A stretch of 64,000 nt of DNA, from the NCBI GenBank assembly GCA_965222375.1, contig CBDCTZ010000016.1:992001-1056000 (forward strand). The letters run 5' to 3'. Source of the stretch: Polyangiaceae bacterium (lineage in GTDB: Bacteria > Myxococcota_A > Polyangia > Polyangiales > Polyangiaceae). A model generated the notes under the pieces. It ran no database searches. It saw only the letters and a list, made by a program, of their open reading frames with translations, and had not been told where the DNA came from. Positions 1 through 10,586 of this stretch are shown here, piece by piece. Position 1 is the stretch's first letter. Every line of letters begins with the position of its first letter. Made by a program: the position numbers and the translations under genes.

Positions 1-140
1 CGCCTGAAGCCGAGTTCCCTCGGGGTCCGCGGAGTGCTCCGTGGCGAGATCGTGCAGAGTTCGAGGAGACTCGGAGGTGGCGGTCTGCCGGCGGAATGAC
101 CGCTCCCACGGCCTCGTTGACCCGAGCGTGAGAAGCGCGG

Positions 141-2450
141 TCAGTTTGGCGGTGCTTTCAGTTCGCGAACGACGGTTCGTCCACGGCCGCCGACCGCCCA
201 GAGGCGGGTCGGAGTGGAGTCAAGGGACGTCAAGCTATCCGCGGCAAAGACTGTCGTCCAGTCCGTCCCGTTGAAATGACGGATAACGGAGCCGCCTTGG
301 GTCAGGCTCAGCAGGTACGCGTCGTCCGCTGCGCGCACTTCGAGGTCGCGGACCTCAGCGGCGCCGACAGCCCACGGCGTCCAGACTTTGCCATCCCAGC
401 GCATTGAAAACTCCGTCCACTTCCAAATGCCTGTCGGCGGACTGCCAGGGCGATACGCCGCAAGTACCCATACATCGTCCTTGCCGTTGGCATAGATCCG
501 AGGCGAAGCGACGTTGACTAGGGAATAATCCCCGGGGATGTCGCGACGGTAAACCTCGGAAAACGACTTCCCGTCGAAGTGGAACACCACGAAGTCCAGG
601 TGAAGAGCGCCGGACGTTACAGGTGGGTAGTTCTCGGCGATCACCCAAACATCGTCAGCCGCGGTGCCATGAATGCTCATGGGGTAGGCGGTACCGCTTT
701 CGACCGGTAGGGTCCATTCCTGGGTTTGTGTGCCGTCATACCGGAGCACTGAGTACTGACTGGTCATCCAAACGGCGTTGTTTCCGGGTTCGAACCAGGG
801 CCGACCAATTCCGGTGGCAACTGAGCCTTTTGGCAACGGCAGGTCTTGCCAACCAGTTGCCGTACGCCGTGACCAGAGCCGGGTTGACCCGGTGGGCTTC
901 CATTCCGTTCCAAATGCGAACAGGTCACCATCGTTGTCCGCAATCTCAGCGACCTTGTAGCCAGGCCCGGGCACGTCTACCCAGCCGTTTGCAGTCCACG
1001 CCGCAAGTCCACCGAACCCCCATGCGTTTGGGGAGTGAATTGAGTTGCCTCTGTCATCGGCTCGAATCACTGCGTGCGTTCCGCTCGGAGCCGAAGTCAC
1101 GCTGCCCAAATAACGACGAGATGCGGGGAAGACGCTCTTCCAACGCGGGTAAAGTCCGTCCTCGGGGGCAACTGGTGCCGGCTTCTCGGGTTCATAAGCC
1201 ATCAACTGACCTGCAGCGCCAGCAGCGAACAGTTGCCCCGGTGCAGCGCCCCAAACCGTTGGAGTGCGACCAAGGGGGAAACTCATGTGATAGATGCCTT
1301 GGCTGGGAAGGTAATCCGAGGTCGCTTGGACCTCGAGATTCCAGCTGCTTCCGTTGAAGTGCCACAGACCGCGGTCAAAGCCAGCGCTGACCAGGATGTT
1401 GTCTTTCGACGTACCCCAGATTCGATTTCCTCGGCGATTGATGGGTGCCGCCGCGGGGGCGAGGTTAGAGTATACCGACTCATGCGGGTAGATCCCGTAT
1501 CCTTGGACTTTGAAGCCCGAGACGGCGATAACCGCGGCGGTTGACCGCGCCTTGCCCTCCTGTTCCAGCGTCCATTTGGCCCCGTCCCAATGTGAAAACC
1601 CGATGCGTCGGTCCTCGGACTTGCCAACCTGCTCTTCGTAGACTGCCCAGACGTCGTCGGCAGCAGCACCCCACACGCCCAGGTACAATGGACCGTCCTC
1701 GGCTGCTGGCTTGTGCTGCGTCCAGGTTGAACCCTCGAAGCGGAGCAGAGCTCCATTGTGCCCCGCGGCCCAGACGTCATCGTTCGCTGCGGCCCACAGC
1801 GCTGGCAAGTCCACTGTCGCCGGCGACTTGGTGTCCTGCCAAGCGCCGCTAGCGAACTTCCAGATCGAGCCACCGTCGAGACTCGCAAACAGGACACCGC
1901 CAGGGGCGGCGGTCAAAGCGAGTACGGTACGGCCCTCGAACGCGTCGAAGGACTTCCACTCGCTACCATTGAAGTGCAGCAGCAAACCTTGATCTTCTGG
2001 TTCTCCCTTGCCGGGAGTGAACACAAGCCGCGTACCCCCCACCCAGACGTTTGCGGCACCAAAGGACCAGATTGCGTGGTAGAGGTCGTTCTGGCTTCCG
2101 GGTCGCTGAATGCTCCACTGTTCGCCGTTCCAGTGGTGAAGTTCGCCGCGCCCGCCGAGCCACACATCGTTGACCGAGCTGCCGTGAATTGCGCGAAAAC
2201 CGTTGCCATGAGGCTCGGGCGCTAGCCAATCCCAGGTTGCGTCCGCCCCGGCGGTGCCACCCGTGCCTTCGATGACGCCGCCCGTGCCTGAGACGCCTCC
2301 GCCACCGGAGACGCCGACTACGCCAGCCTCTCCGCCGCTGGCCGCGCCGGCGCTACCGGATCGATATTCCTGAGTGACGTCCCCACATCCGACGCACAAA
2401 GCCAGTCCGAGAATGAGTCCGAAGGGAGCTAGGTCTTCGAGTCGTTTCAT
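141..2450 (-). CDS. Lipoprotein with repeated W(G/A)xxxxDVW...H(W/F)DG beta-propeller-like units
   Basis: Lipobox-like LALCVGC after ATG 2450, Gly-rich linker, many HWNG/HFNG/RFEG/RWDG repeats. Confidence 0.75.
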   Translation of the reverse strand: MKRLEDLAPFGLILGLALCVGCGDVTQEYRSGSAGAASGGEAGVVGVSGGGGVSGTGGVIEGTGGTAGADATWDWLAPEPHGNGFRAIHGSSVNDVWLGGRGELHHWNGEQWSIQRPGSQNDLYHAIWSFGAANVWVGGTRLVFTPGKGEPEDQGLLLHFNGSEWKSFDAFEGRTVLALTAAPGGVLFASLDGGSIWKFASGAWQDTKSPATVDLPALWAAANDDVWAAGHNGALLRFEGSTWTQHKPAAEDGPLYLGVWGAAADDVWAVYEEQVGKSEDRRIGFSHWDGAKWTLEQEGKARSTAAVIAVSGFKVQGYGIYPHESVYSNLAPAAAPINRRGNRIWGTSKDNILVSAGFDRGLWHFNGSSWNLEVQATSDYLPSQGIYHMSFPLGRTPTVWGAAPGQLFAAGAAGQLMAYEPEKPAPVAPEDGLYPRWKSVFPASRRYLGSVTSAPSGTHAVIRADDRGNSIHSPNAWGFGGLAAWTANGWVDVPGPGYKVAEIADNDGDLFAFGTEWKPTGSTRLWSRRTATGWQDLPLPKGSVATGIGRPWFEPGNNAVWMTSQYSVLRYDGTQTQEWTLPVESGTAYPMSIHGTAADDVWVIAENYPPVTSGALHLDFVVFHFDGKSFSEVYRRDIPGDYSLVNVASPRIYANGKDDVWVLAAYRPGSPPTGIWKWTEFSMRWDGKVWTPWAVGAAEVRDLEVRAADDAYLLSLTQGGSVIRHFNGTDWTTVFAADSLTSLDSTPTRLWAVGGRGRTVVRELKAPPN

Positions 2451-2608
2451 TTGTTGGTGTTTCCCGCGGGCGCGCAAAATCCGTCGAACAAATTGCCAGC
2501 AGCGGTCCAGTCAGCCAGCGTACTACACGGGCGGTTTGTGCCGATACGGCGCAGCAGGTCTCCAGCTCCCCCTGGCCCCGGAACTCATGGGAAATACGGT
2601 CGTGGGCG

Positions 2609-3686
2609 GTGGCCGGTCCCAGGGGTGCTAAGGAGCAGCCCGTGAGCGCGAGCAGGACGGCAGGACGACACTGCACGGTTGGAGGCTTGTTTGCCATCGC
2701 TTGGGGGTCGTATACAGTGGCTTCGGCAGCCGAGCCAAATCACACAGGCGATCCGCCCGGGAGCCTGCCCTCACCCGTCGCTTCGCTTCATTACGTGCGG
2801 CACTCAGACTGTCCGCGACGACATGCATTGGTTGATGCCGTGGCTGCGCGGCTCGGCAACGATCCGTTTGTGCCGGACAAAAAATGGAACGTTCGCGTGA
2901 GGATCCTCCAGACCACTGAGGGGTACCAAGCTCGTATCGTGCTCCGGCGCGCCAGCGAGGTCGTCGGACAACGCGTTTTGCGCGCTGGCCCGGGCGAGTG
3001 TGCCGACTTGGTTAGCTCAGTCGCCGTGACTTTGTCCGTGCTGCTGGCTCCGAAAAGGTTGTTGGATCTCGAAAAGCGCTTCGCGCCGCCTCGCTTGCCT
3101 CGACGCACTGCCCGCGCGCGAGCGGCCACAGCCGGCGAGCGAGAACCCTTTCGCGAAATCGCGGACAAAACCACGAGTACCCGCAAGGGATACGCGATGG
3201 GTCCTTCGAGTCGGTGGGGGTGTGCACGGTGCTCTCGGTGCTGCACCGAAATCCACAGGTGGAGGCACCGTTTCATTTGGTGTGCGCGGCGACGAGTGGT
3301 CTCTCGGCGCCGAAGGGCGAGTCGATTCACCGCGCACGGCGCACTCCGCGGGTGGGCAGGGCGTGCGGGCAGGTTGGATTGCGGGCGGCCTGGTGCCCTG
3401 TCGCCATTTTGGTGTTGGCGTGGGGTGCGCCCTCTTGATGGCCGGGCAGGTCCGCGGACAGAGTCTCGCGGTTGCACAGGCCGAGCGTAAGTCTACGTGG
3501 TTCTTAGCCGCCGGTCTGCGCCTTGGCGTGGAACTCGATATCGACACGACTTGGGCGTTTTCGGGTCGAATCGACTCACTGGCCGTTCCAACCCGGACGA
3601 CACTTCAGATTGACGGGGAGCCCCTGTGGGTCTCGCCGACCTTCAGCGCGGCCGCAGGAATTGGGATCCGGGCACAGTTCAGATGA
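2609..3686 (+). pseudogene. Exported protein with C-terminal beta-barrel-like region, frameshifted
   Basis: N-half in ORF 2609-3490 and C-half in ORF 3222-3686 (ends ...GIGIRAQFR). Frame changes at about 3070-3110. Stop overlaps the sigma ATG. Confidence 0.55.
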
Positions 3687-4236
3687 CGGATGCTGCCGTC
3701 ACGCGGGAAACACTGGAGGTGGAAGGCCCGACCTTCGAAGCCGTATTCCGGGCCGAATTATCATACGTGTGGCACACGCTCCGGCGCTTGGGTGTGGCCG
3801 AGCGAGACCTGACGACCAGGTTCAAGAAGTGTTCATCACCATCCAGCGGCTGCTCCCGAGCTACGATCCCCAGCGCCCTCTTCGGCCGTGGCTGTTCGGC
3901 ATCGCGTTCCGGTATGCCCAGAGGTATCGGGACAAGGACGAACGCCGCTCGGAGCAGCTCGACTCCTCGCCGGAACATTCCCACCCACCCGTGCCGGCTG
4001 CAGCAGACGCGGAAGTCGACAGGCATGCCGCACGCCAGCTCGTGGTTGCCGCTCTTCAACGCATGAAGCCCGCGCGGCGGGCGGTTTTCGTGATGGCAGC
4101 CATTGACGGGCACACGGCGCCGGAGATCGCGCAGGCGCTTGATATGCCACTCAACACGGTCTATTCGCGGCTACGCGTTGCACGCGATGAGTTCGCCGCA
4201 GCCGTGCGGCGCTTGGCGGGCGAGGTCGCACCATGA
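3683..4236 (+). pseudogene. ECF RNA polymerase sigma-70 factor, split by a 1-nt deletion
   Basis: MTD...YVWHTLRRLGVAERDL continues in another frame as DDQVQEVF...RPWLFGIA...LNTVYSRLRVAR (regions 2 and 4). Shift at 3810-3811. Confidence 0.85.
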
Positions 4237-4907
4237 CGGAGCCGATGCCCCCGGACATCGAACGTTTGCTCGAGGCCGAGCGCGGGCGTGAAGCTGTGGC
4301 CCCAGAGATCCGGGATGCCACGTGGCGTTCGTTGAACGCGCGTTTGGCTCCCTCTGGCTCCGGCGGGCCTGGGGGGGTTGGGTCTACGGGTTCACCGTTT
4401 GGGTCGGCAATTGCGAAGTTACCTTCCATTGGGTTGGGAGTAGTGTTGGGCGTATTGGGAACGTTGGGCGTACAGCGGGGCGTGCTCCCTCGCCCTCCCG
4501 CACAGTTGCAGCATTCCCCTCGAGTCTCTATTTCGCCGCTGGCCCTATCACGGCCCGTGAGCAAACCCGCGCTGCCCGCGGATGATCCCAAGGTGCGGAC
4601 GAAGTTGCCCCGCACGACCAATACAGCGAAGGTTTCGACTAGGACGTCGCTGGCCGCGGAACGGGCGTTGGTGGACCGGGCTCGGGCAGCGCTTTCGACT
4701 GGCGATCCAGAGGCGGCGCTTGCCGCCGTTCGCTTGCACCGCACGCGTCACCCCCGAGGACAGCTGGCAGAGGAACGCGAAGCCCTGGCTGTTCGCGCGT
4801 TGCGCGCCGCTGGGCACGACGCCGAAGCAGAAGCCCGTCAAGCGCGCTTTAGGCGGGCATATCCGGAAAGCTTGTTTGCCCCGGCTATCTCGCCGGATGG
4901 AGGCTGA
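4233..4907 (+). CDS. Putative anti-sigma factor (single TM, TPR-like C-terminus)
   Basis: ATGA overlap with the sigma stop, hydrophobic segment, and C-terminal HPRGQLAEEREAL...RFRRAYPES motif typical of myxobacterial sigma partners. Confidence 0.65.
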   Translation: MTEPMPPDIERLLEAERGREAVAPEIRDATWRSLNARLAPSGSGGPGGVGSTGSPFGSAIAKLPSIGLGVVLGVLGTLGVQRGVLPRPPAQLQHSPRVSISPLALSRPVSKPALPADDPKVRTKLPRTTNTAKVSTRTSLAAERALVDRARAALSTGDPEAALAAVRLHRTRHPRGQLAEEREALAVRALRAAGHDAEAEARQARFRRAYPESLFAPAISPDGG

Positions 4908-4992
4908 ATGCGCGTGCGCGTCGGCTGGGCACACGCCGAGAACTGGCACTTCGCCTCGATCCGACCCCTGAGACAAGTGCTGGCAGGCTTGG

Positions 4993-6140
4993 ATGTTCCT
5001 GGGCTCCATCTTGCTGGTTCGCTCCGGAGAGGTGAGCCGCGCGCTGGGAAGCGAGGTGCACGAGCTCTGGGGTCCGCCGATCAATCAGCATCCCCCCACG
5101 GCGAAATTGCAGCCGCTCGAAGAGGCTGAGCGGCCCGGCGACGCAACGCCGGCAGCGGCGCAACCACCTCCGAATCCCGCCCGGGCGGCAACTCCGTCGG
5201 CGCCGTCGAAGCACGAGCAGGAGAAGAAGTCCGTGCATCCAGCGGCTTCGAAACTGCGGGCGTCGCGGGAGCTGGAGCAGCGGCGCAAGGGACTCCTCTG
5301 GTTCCCGACCTACGATGTCGACTTCAGCGGTACGTATACCTTTAAGAACTCGAAGCGCGAGGCGCGAGAGTTGGTGGTGTCATTTCCGTTGGAGCGGGAC
5401 CACGCCGCTTGTGAAGGATTCGAAGTACTGCGCGAGGGTGGTGAGCCCGTTGACACCGAGGTTATCGACGGTGTTGCCACTTGGCGTGGACGGATCAAGG
5501 CGGGCCAGAGCCGGAGCTATACTGTGCGTTTCCGCTCACGCGGCACAACGCGATGGCAGTACCAACCTACTGCCGGGACTGGGCGTGTCGATAACTTCGA
5601 GCTAGCCGTGGCTACAGACTTTGCGGCTGTCGACTTTCCGGACGGCACGCTGTCGCCATCGACGCACGAGGCTGCAGCTGGCGGTTGGAAGGGGACGTGG
5701 CGGTTCAAAAGTTTGGTGGCGAGCACGCCTATTGGGCTCGATCTGCCTCAGCTGCTCAACCCGGGTCCCCTCGCAGCGAAGATGACGTTTTTCGCGCCGC
5801 TCAGCCTGCTCTTCTACTTCTTCGTAGTGCGATTCTCGCAGCGGCCCGACGCATTCACCTGCATCCGCTGCACTACTTCTTCTTCAGCTGCGCCTTCTTC
5901 GCTTTCCACCTGTTGCTCTCCTACCTGGTGGATCACGTCGCGGTATTGCCGTCTTTTGCTGTGGCTTCGTTGGTCAGCGTCGCCCTTGTAGTTAGCTACG
6001 CATGGCTCTTCGTGGGATTGAAGTTTGCTCTCCGAGGGATGGCGATTTCTCAACTGCTCTACTTGGTGCTGTTTTCGTTTACCTTCTTCTGGTCTGGCTT
6101 CACCGGGCTCTCGATCACCGTGGGCGCCATCATCATGTGA
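4993..6140 (+). pseudogene. CreD-like inner membrane protein, frameshifted and truncated
   Basis: ORF 4993-5991 joins ORF 5685-6140 at ~5829 (FFVV/ILAAARRIHLHPLHYFF). Multi-TM C-half ends abruptly at the transposase remnant. Confidence 0.6.
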
Positions 6141-6376
6141 AAGTGCGACGGCGGCACTGCGGCGACCAGGCGCGCAATCAGGTCATGGGGCTCGAGAACG
6201 AGCGCGCGCGTGCCGTCCCGCCAGGGTTTCTTGAAACTGAGCTCCAGCTCGCCGTTCCCCCGTCGCGCGAGACCGACGGGAACCCCTCAGGGGAGGCGGT
6301 CCTGCGCGACGGGGGGCTGCGTGATGTACTTACAGAGCCGCTCGACGCCGCGGCGGTCCCGGCCGTCCACGAGCTG
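6131..6376 (-). mobile_element. IS91-family (Y2/HUH) transposase remnant
   Basis: Manual translation gives QLVDGRDRRGVERLCKYITQPPVAQDRLP*GVPVGLARRGNGELELSFKKPWRDGTRALVLEPHDLIARLVAAVPPSHFHM. It has an internal stop and is absent from the ORF track. Confidence 0.8.
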
Positions 6377-6417
6377 AGCGGGCCTTCGGCTTCCAGGAGC
6401 AGTTCTCACTTCACCTG

Positions 6418-6942
6418 TTGGAGGTGCCCTACGTGTCCATGTACGTGCTGGGCGCGCTCTTCGCGTTGGTCATGCCGATGCATGTCGCGGTGAAGGCGGC
6501 GGCTTTCGTCATGCTCGCTCTGCTGCCTGCAGGGCTCGCTGTGTTGTTTCACGGCATGCGCAAGACGCCACTCTGGGGAGTCTTGGGGCTCGCGGCGGCG
6601 TGGACGAGCCTGAGCCACTGGGGCTTTCTGAACTTCATGGGGGCCCTGGGGCTCTACGCCATGGCGGTCGGGTTCGCGCTTCTGGCGGTCGACAGGCCCA
6701 GTCGCCGACACAGCATCGGGCTCGCGGTTTCCCTGCTGGCCGTCTTCTTCACGCACATCTATCGCTTCCCCTTTGTGGTGCCCTCTGTCGTTGGCGTGGG
6801 TGTGTTGTTGTATCCGGCGACGCGCCGCTTCCGCCCGCTGCTGTTGCCACTCCTGCCCAGCTTGGCGGTGTTCGGGATCTGGCGCTGGATCCGCCCCGAG
6901 ACTTGGTGGTTGTATCAGCGCGAGGCCAAGTCGCAGCCGTAG
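6418..6942 (+). pseudogene. Internal fragment of a multi-TM membrane protein (glycosyltransferase-like)
   Basis: Hydrophobic ORF with WGFLNF and FFTH motifs, no proper 5' end, runs into the convergent gene. Confidence 0.5.
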
Positions 6943-8501
6943 TTCGCGTCGGAGCTGTGCTTGCCTGCGTCGCTTTTGCGCTCGAAATACAACATGCGCC
7001 GCGAGCCCCAGCCCTGGAAGCCGTGGCGCCAATAGTCGCCCTCGGCTTGCTCTGAACCGGCGTGGAACAGCCGGTACTTCTCCTTGAGTCGGGGCCAGAA
7101 TTTGGGGCCCAAGAAGCGCATGTCCGCTTCATGCAGCATGACCTCGTCGTACTCGGCACGCTGCAGTCGCTCGAGTAGGGCCAGTTCCGCGAACCGCCCG
7201 GCTGCCACGACGTCTCGTACGCTGGTCATGCGGTCCGGAGGAACCGCGTTGCCGCTCCGGGCGTAGCACAGCGCGCCGCGTCCTAGCCACACGCGCTCTC
7301 CGCACTGCATTCGCTTGGCGGCATAGGCGCACACCGTTTCTGCTAGATCGAGGTCCTCGGCATTCGGCACGTAGCGCTGGCTGCGCCAACTGACGACCTG
7401 CACTAGCAGTACGCCCGCCGCCACGAGGCGTGCCCAGCGCGCTTTTTCCGCGACCACCATGCTGAGAAGCGCAGGCAGTGCCACCAAAGCCAACGCGAAC
7501 CCCAAGCTCGCCAAGTTGTTGGCTCCGCCTCGGGTTTTCACGGCAGCCGCTAGCGCCACCAGCGCGTACAAAAGGCAAGGCGTCGCTGTGCGCAGCCAAA
7601 CTACGTCCATCGGAGCATGTCGGGCCAGCGCCCAAACCAAGCGGGCCAACGCCACCAGGGTGACGGGCACGAACCACATCCCGATGCCATCGGCCTGTCG
7701 CCACACGCGGTGCCACTCGATGGCGTGGGCGCGAAGGAGCGTGACCCCCCAGTCCCAGAAGTGCGTGCCACCGACCAGGTGCAGCATCAGTCCTGTGCTC
7801 GCCGCACCGAGCAGCAGCGCCAACAAATCAAGACGCCGCTCCCGCCCGGGCACGGCGGCACTGGTGGCTGCCGCGAGCCCAAGAGAAACCAGCACGATCG
7901 CGCCGCTGTTCTGCTTCACGAGCAACGCCGCCACGGGTAGGAGCACCAAGACCGCCCGGCGCCTGCCAACAGCCAAGGTGGGCAGTTTGCCGCAGGCCAG
8001 TGCGGCCCCGGCGAGGACGCAGGCTTCCAGATTGCTCGGATGCAGGCCGTCGACGACCGGGTTCGATAGCAGCACCAGCGCGAGCGCCAGCCCCAGAGCC
8101 GCTCCGAGCAAGACTCGTAGTCTGCCGGTCGCCGAAATCAAACGAAGTCCCGCCAAAGCGCCGACCGCCGCCGCCACGACGACGAAAACGTAACCGAGCA
8201 GCTTGTTCGGCCGCAGGGATAGTTCCGCATCAAAAGGCGCCAGCAACGCGTAATGCAGCAAGGTTTGGCCCGGGGCGTACACGCTCGAGTTCGCCTCGCC
8301 CACGGGCCCGTACAGCGGGACGCCGGCTCGCAGCTTCATCATCCCGGTCATGAAGAAGTCTTCCGACCAGAAGTTCAGGTCATAGGCATAGGACAGCCGC
8401 TCGTAGCCGTATCGGCCGTGGTCGAAAGTGAGCACCGCCAGCAGCGCAATCACGGCCAGCAAGAAGAGCTGCACCTTGGGTTGGCTCTTGGGGCGGTCCA
8501 T
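6915..8501 (-). CDS. Multi-pass membrane protein (GT-C-like glycosyltransferase candidate)
   Basis: 528 aa with many TM segments; PLYG...VYAPG and VKQN motifs. Confidence 0.55.
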   Translation of the reverse strand: MDRPKSQPKVQLFLLAVIALLAVLTFDHGRYGYERLSYAYDLNFWSEDFFMTGMMKLRAGVPLYGPVGEANSSVYAPGQTLLHYALLAPFDAELSLRPNKLLGYVFVVVAAAVGALAGLRLISATGRLRVLLGAALGLALALVLLSNPVVDGLHPSNLEACVLAGAALACGKLPTLAVGRRRAVLVLLPVAALLVKQNSGAIVLVSLGLAAATSAAVPGRERRLDLLALLLGAASTGLMLHLVGGTHFWDWGVTLLRAHAIEWHRVWRQADGIGMWFVPVTLVALARLVWALARHAPMDVVWLRTATPCLLYALVALAAAVKTRGGANNLASLGFALALVALPALLSMVVAEKARWARLVAAGVLLVQVVSWRSQRYVPNAEDLDLAETVCAYAAKRMQCGERVWLGRGALCYARSGNAVPPDRMTSVRDVVAAGRFAELALLERLQRAEYDEVMLHEADMRFLGPKFWPRLKEKYRLFHAGSEQAEGDYWRHGFQGWGSRRMLYFERKSDAGKHSSDANYGCDLASR

Positions 8502-8591
8502 CCGCGCTCAGGCTACTGCACTTTCCAAGGCGAAAGCTGCTTTGCCCTCGAGGCGGGGTCGGCGTACGCTCCCCAGCCCGGGAACCAAGCG

Positions 8592-9479
8592 GTGAAGCTA
8601 TACGCCTTTGACGAAATCGACGAGCGCCTCGAACTGCTGCCGATGGCAGCGCGCCGGGCGTTGGATGCGGTGGGGTTACGGCTCTCTCGCGAGAGCTGGC
8701 GAAGCTTGAGCCTGGCTCAGCGCGGGCAGTTGACCGAGTTGGGCGCCGCGGATGCCGTCGATACGGAGCGTGTGCGGAAGCTTTGCGACGCCGCACAGCC
8801 CAGCCCCGAGCAAGTTCCCGTTTCCAACGACGTTGCGCCGGATCATGTGCCCAGTGCCGTTCGTGAGGGGCTAGGCAGTGAGCGCCCCCTCGAGGACGCC
8901 CTCTGGGTCAGCCTGTCGCCCCTCGATCGCTACGTGCTCGCGCAGGTCGCAACCCGCAAGAACCCCGAGCGGATTGCAGGTGCCTACGCCGAAATCGTGG
9001 GAGCATCCGCCGTGTCGACCCATCTGAACGCCGCGGGCGAAGTGCGCATGGTGGGCGTCGCTGCCAAGGCGCCGACGCTGCGCAAGGCCAGCGCCGAAAG
9101 CGCCGTCAGCCTCTCCGCCGAAGGTCTGGCCCGCTTGGCCGAGGGCTCCGCGCACAAAGGCGACGTGCTGGCGACCGCGCGCATTGCTGGCATCCAAGCG
9201 GCGAAGCGCACACCGGAATGGATCCCACTGTGTCACGCCGTCGCATTGACGAAGGTGGAAGTGTCTTTGCGGCTCGAGCCAGGCGCCTCACGCTTGCACA
9301 TCATCGCAACCGCAGAGGCCCTCGACCGCACCGGCGTGGAGATCGAGGCTCTCGTCGCCGCATCTGCCGCGGCGCTCACGGTGTATGACATGCTCAAGGC
9401 CTACGATCGCGGCATGGAGCTCGGGCCAACGCGGCTCCTGTCCAAGAGCGGTGGCCGCAGTGGAGACTTTCGACGATGA
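8592..9479 (+). CDS. moaC: Nitrate-reductase-associated (NarM-like) domain fused to cyclic pyranopterin monophosphate synthase MoaC
   Basis: N-term [20 protein letters not shown] and [11 protein letters not shown]-term [40 protein letters not shown]. Confidence 0.85.
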   Translation: MKLYAFDEIDERLELLPMAARRALDAVGLRLSRESWRSLSLAQRGQLTELGAADAVDTERVRKLCDAAQPSPEQVPVSNDVAPDHVPSAVREGLGSERPLEDALWVSLSPLDRYVLAQVATRKNPERIAGAYAEIVGASAVSTHLNAAGEVRMVGVAAKAPTLRKASAESAVSLSAEGLARLAEGSAHKGDVLATARIAGIQAAKRTPEWIPLCHAVALTKVEVSLRLEPGASRLHIIATAEALDRTGVEIEALVAASAAALTVYDMLKAYDRGMELGPTRLLSKSGGRSGDFRR

Positions 9480-9585
9480 GCCTATTCGAGATCCGAGACA
9501 TGGAGCTCGGGCCAACGCGGCTCCTGTCCAAGAGCGGTGGCCGCAGTGGAGACTCTCGACGATGAGCCTATTCCAAATCCGAGAC
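9413..9585. repeat. Two tandem copies of an 86-bp unit spanning the moaC stop and moaE start
   Basis: CATGGAGCTCGGGCCAACGCGG...ATCCGAGAC starts at 9413 and again at 9499, with 3 mismatches. Confidence 0.95.
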
Positions 9586-10017
9586 GAAGCCTTCTCGTCG
9601 GATGAAGTCATTGCCGCCGTGTCCCATCCGTCTGCCGGCGGCGTTGCCGTCTTCATCGGCGTCGTCCGCGACGAAAACGAAGGCCAAAAGGTCGTGCGCC
9701 TCGAATACGAGGCCTACGCCAGCATGGCCGTCAAACAGATGGCCGAGATCGGAAAAGAGATCGCCGAAGAAATCCCAGGCACACGCCTCGCAGCCGTGCA
9801 TCGCGTCGGCAGTCTCGAAATCGGCGACACCGCCATCATCTGCGCCGCCAGCGCACCCCACCGAGGCGAAGCTTTCAAAGCCTGCCGCACCCTGATCGAC
9901 CGCATCAAAGAACGCGTGCCCGTCTGGAAACGCGAACACGGCCCCGACGGCCCCTACTGGGTCGGCTGGCAAGACGCCCGCTGCGTAGCGCACGACCATC
10001 CGCACTCCCACGACTGA
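9562..10017 (+). CDS. moaE: Molybdopterin synthase catalytic subunit
   Basis: GGVAVFIGVVR, LEYEAY..MA, HRVG.L.IG, HR.EAF.AC, IK..VPVWKRE. Confidence 0.92.
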   Translation: MSLFQIRDEAFSSDEVIAAVSHPSAGGVAVFIGVVRDENEGQKVVRLEYEAYASMAVKQMAEIGKEIAEEIPGTRLAAVHRVGSLEIGDTAIICAASAPHRGEAFKACRTLIDRIKERVPVWKREHGPDGPYWVGWQDARCVAHDHPHSHD

Positions 10018-10586
10018 GACGCGGCGGCCTGCGGAGAACGGCGGGTTCGCGAGCCTCTTGGTTGGGTTGGGGTCGACGCGCTGCGTGATATCCGACGGAG
10101 TGCATCACAAGTGCAAACAGGGCCACTACTCTCGTGCGAGGCCTCGCACCAGCCGTGATTCAGTGTTGCGCGTGCAACTCTGAATGCGAGTTGCGCAGCA
10201 CGAACAAAGGCCAACCGGCGTTCGGCACGGCTGTGAGGCCGTCGGCGCAAACTCGTCGGTATCTGTGTCGCTTTGTGCCAATTGCGTCGCCGCCCGTAGA
10301 GGCAAAAGCTCCGGATACGCACCCGCAGGCGCTCAGAACCCAGTCAAGCACCAATGCGACGGTTTGGTGGTAAGCTCGTTACTGCTCGCGTATGCGTCGA
10401 CTCCAGAGAAGGTACCAATCAGGTCGTTTGAGCACTTGAACGACCTGGGTGCGGATCTGAGATCCGTCAGTCTCGTCTGCCACGCCCCAGTGGGAATGGT
10501 GAGGGGGAGCGAAGGGGCGCTCTTTTTGTGTCCCCGGCACAATTTCCAAGCACGTCAAGCGGCTTCTCGGCCTACACTACACGCCG

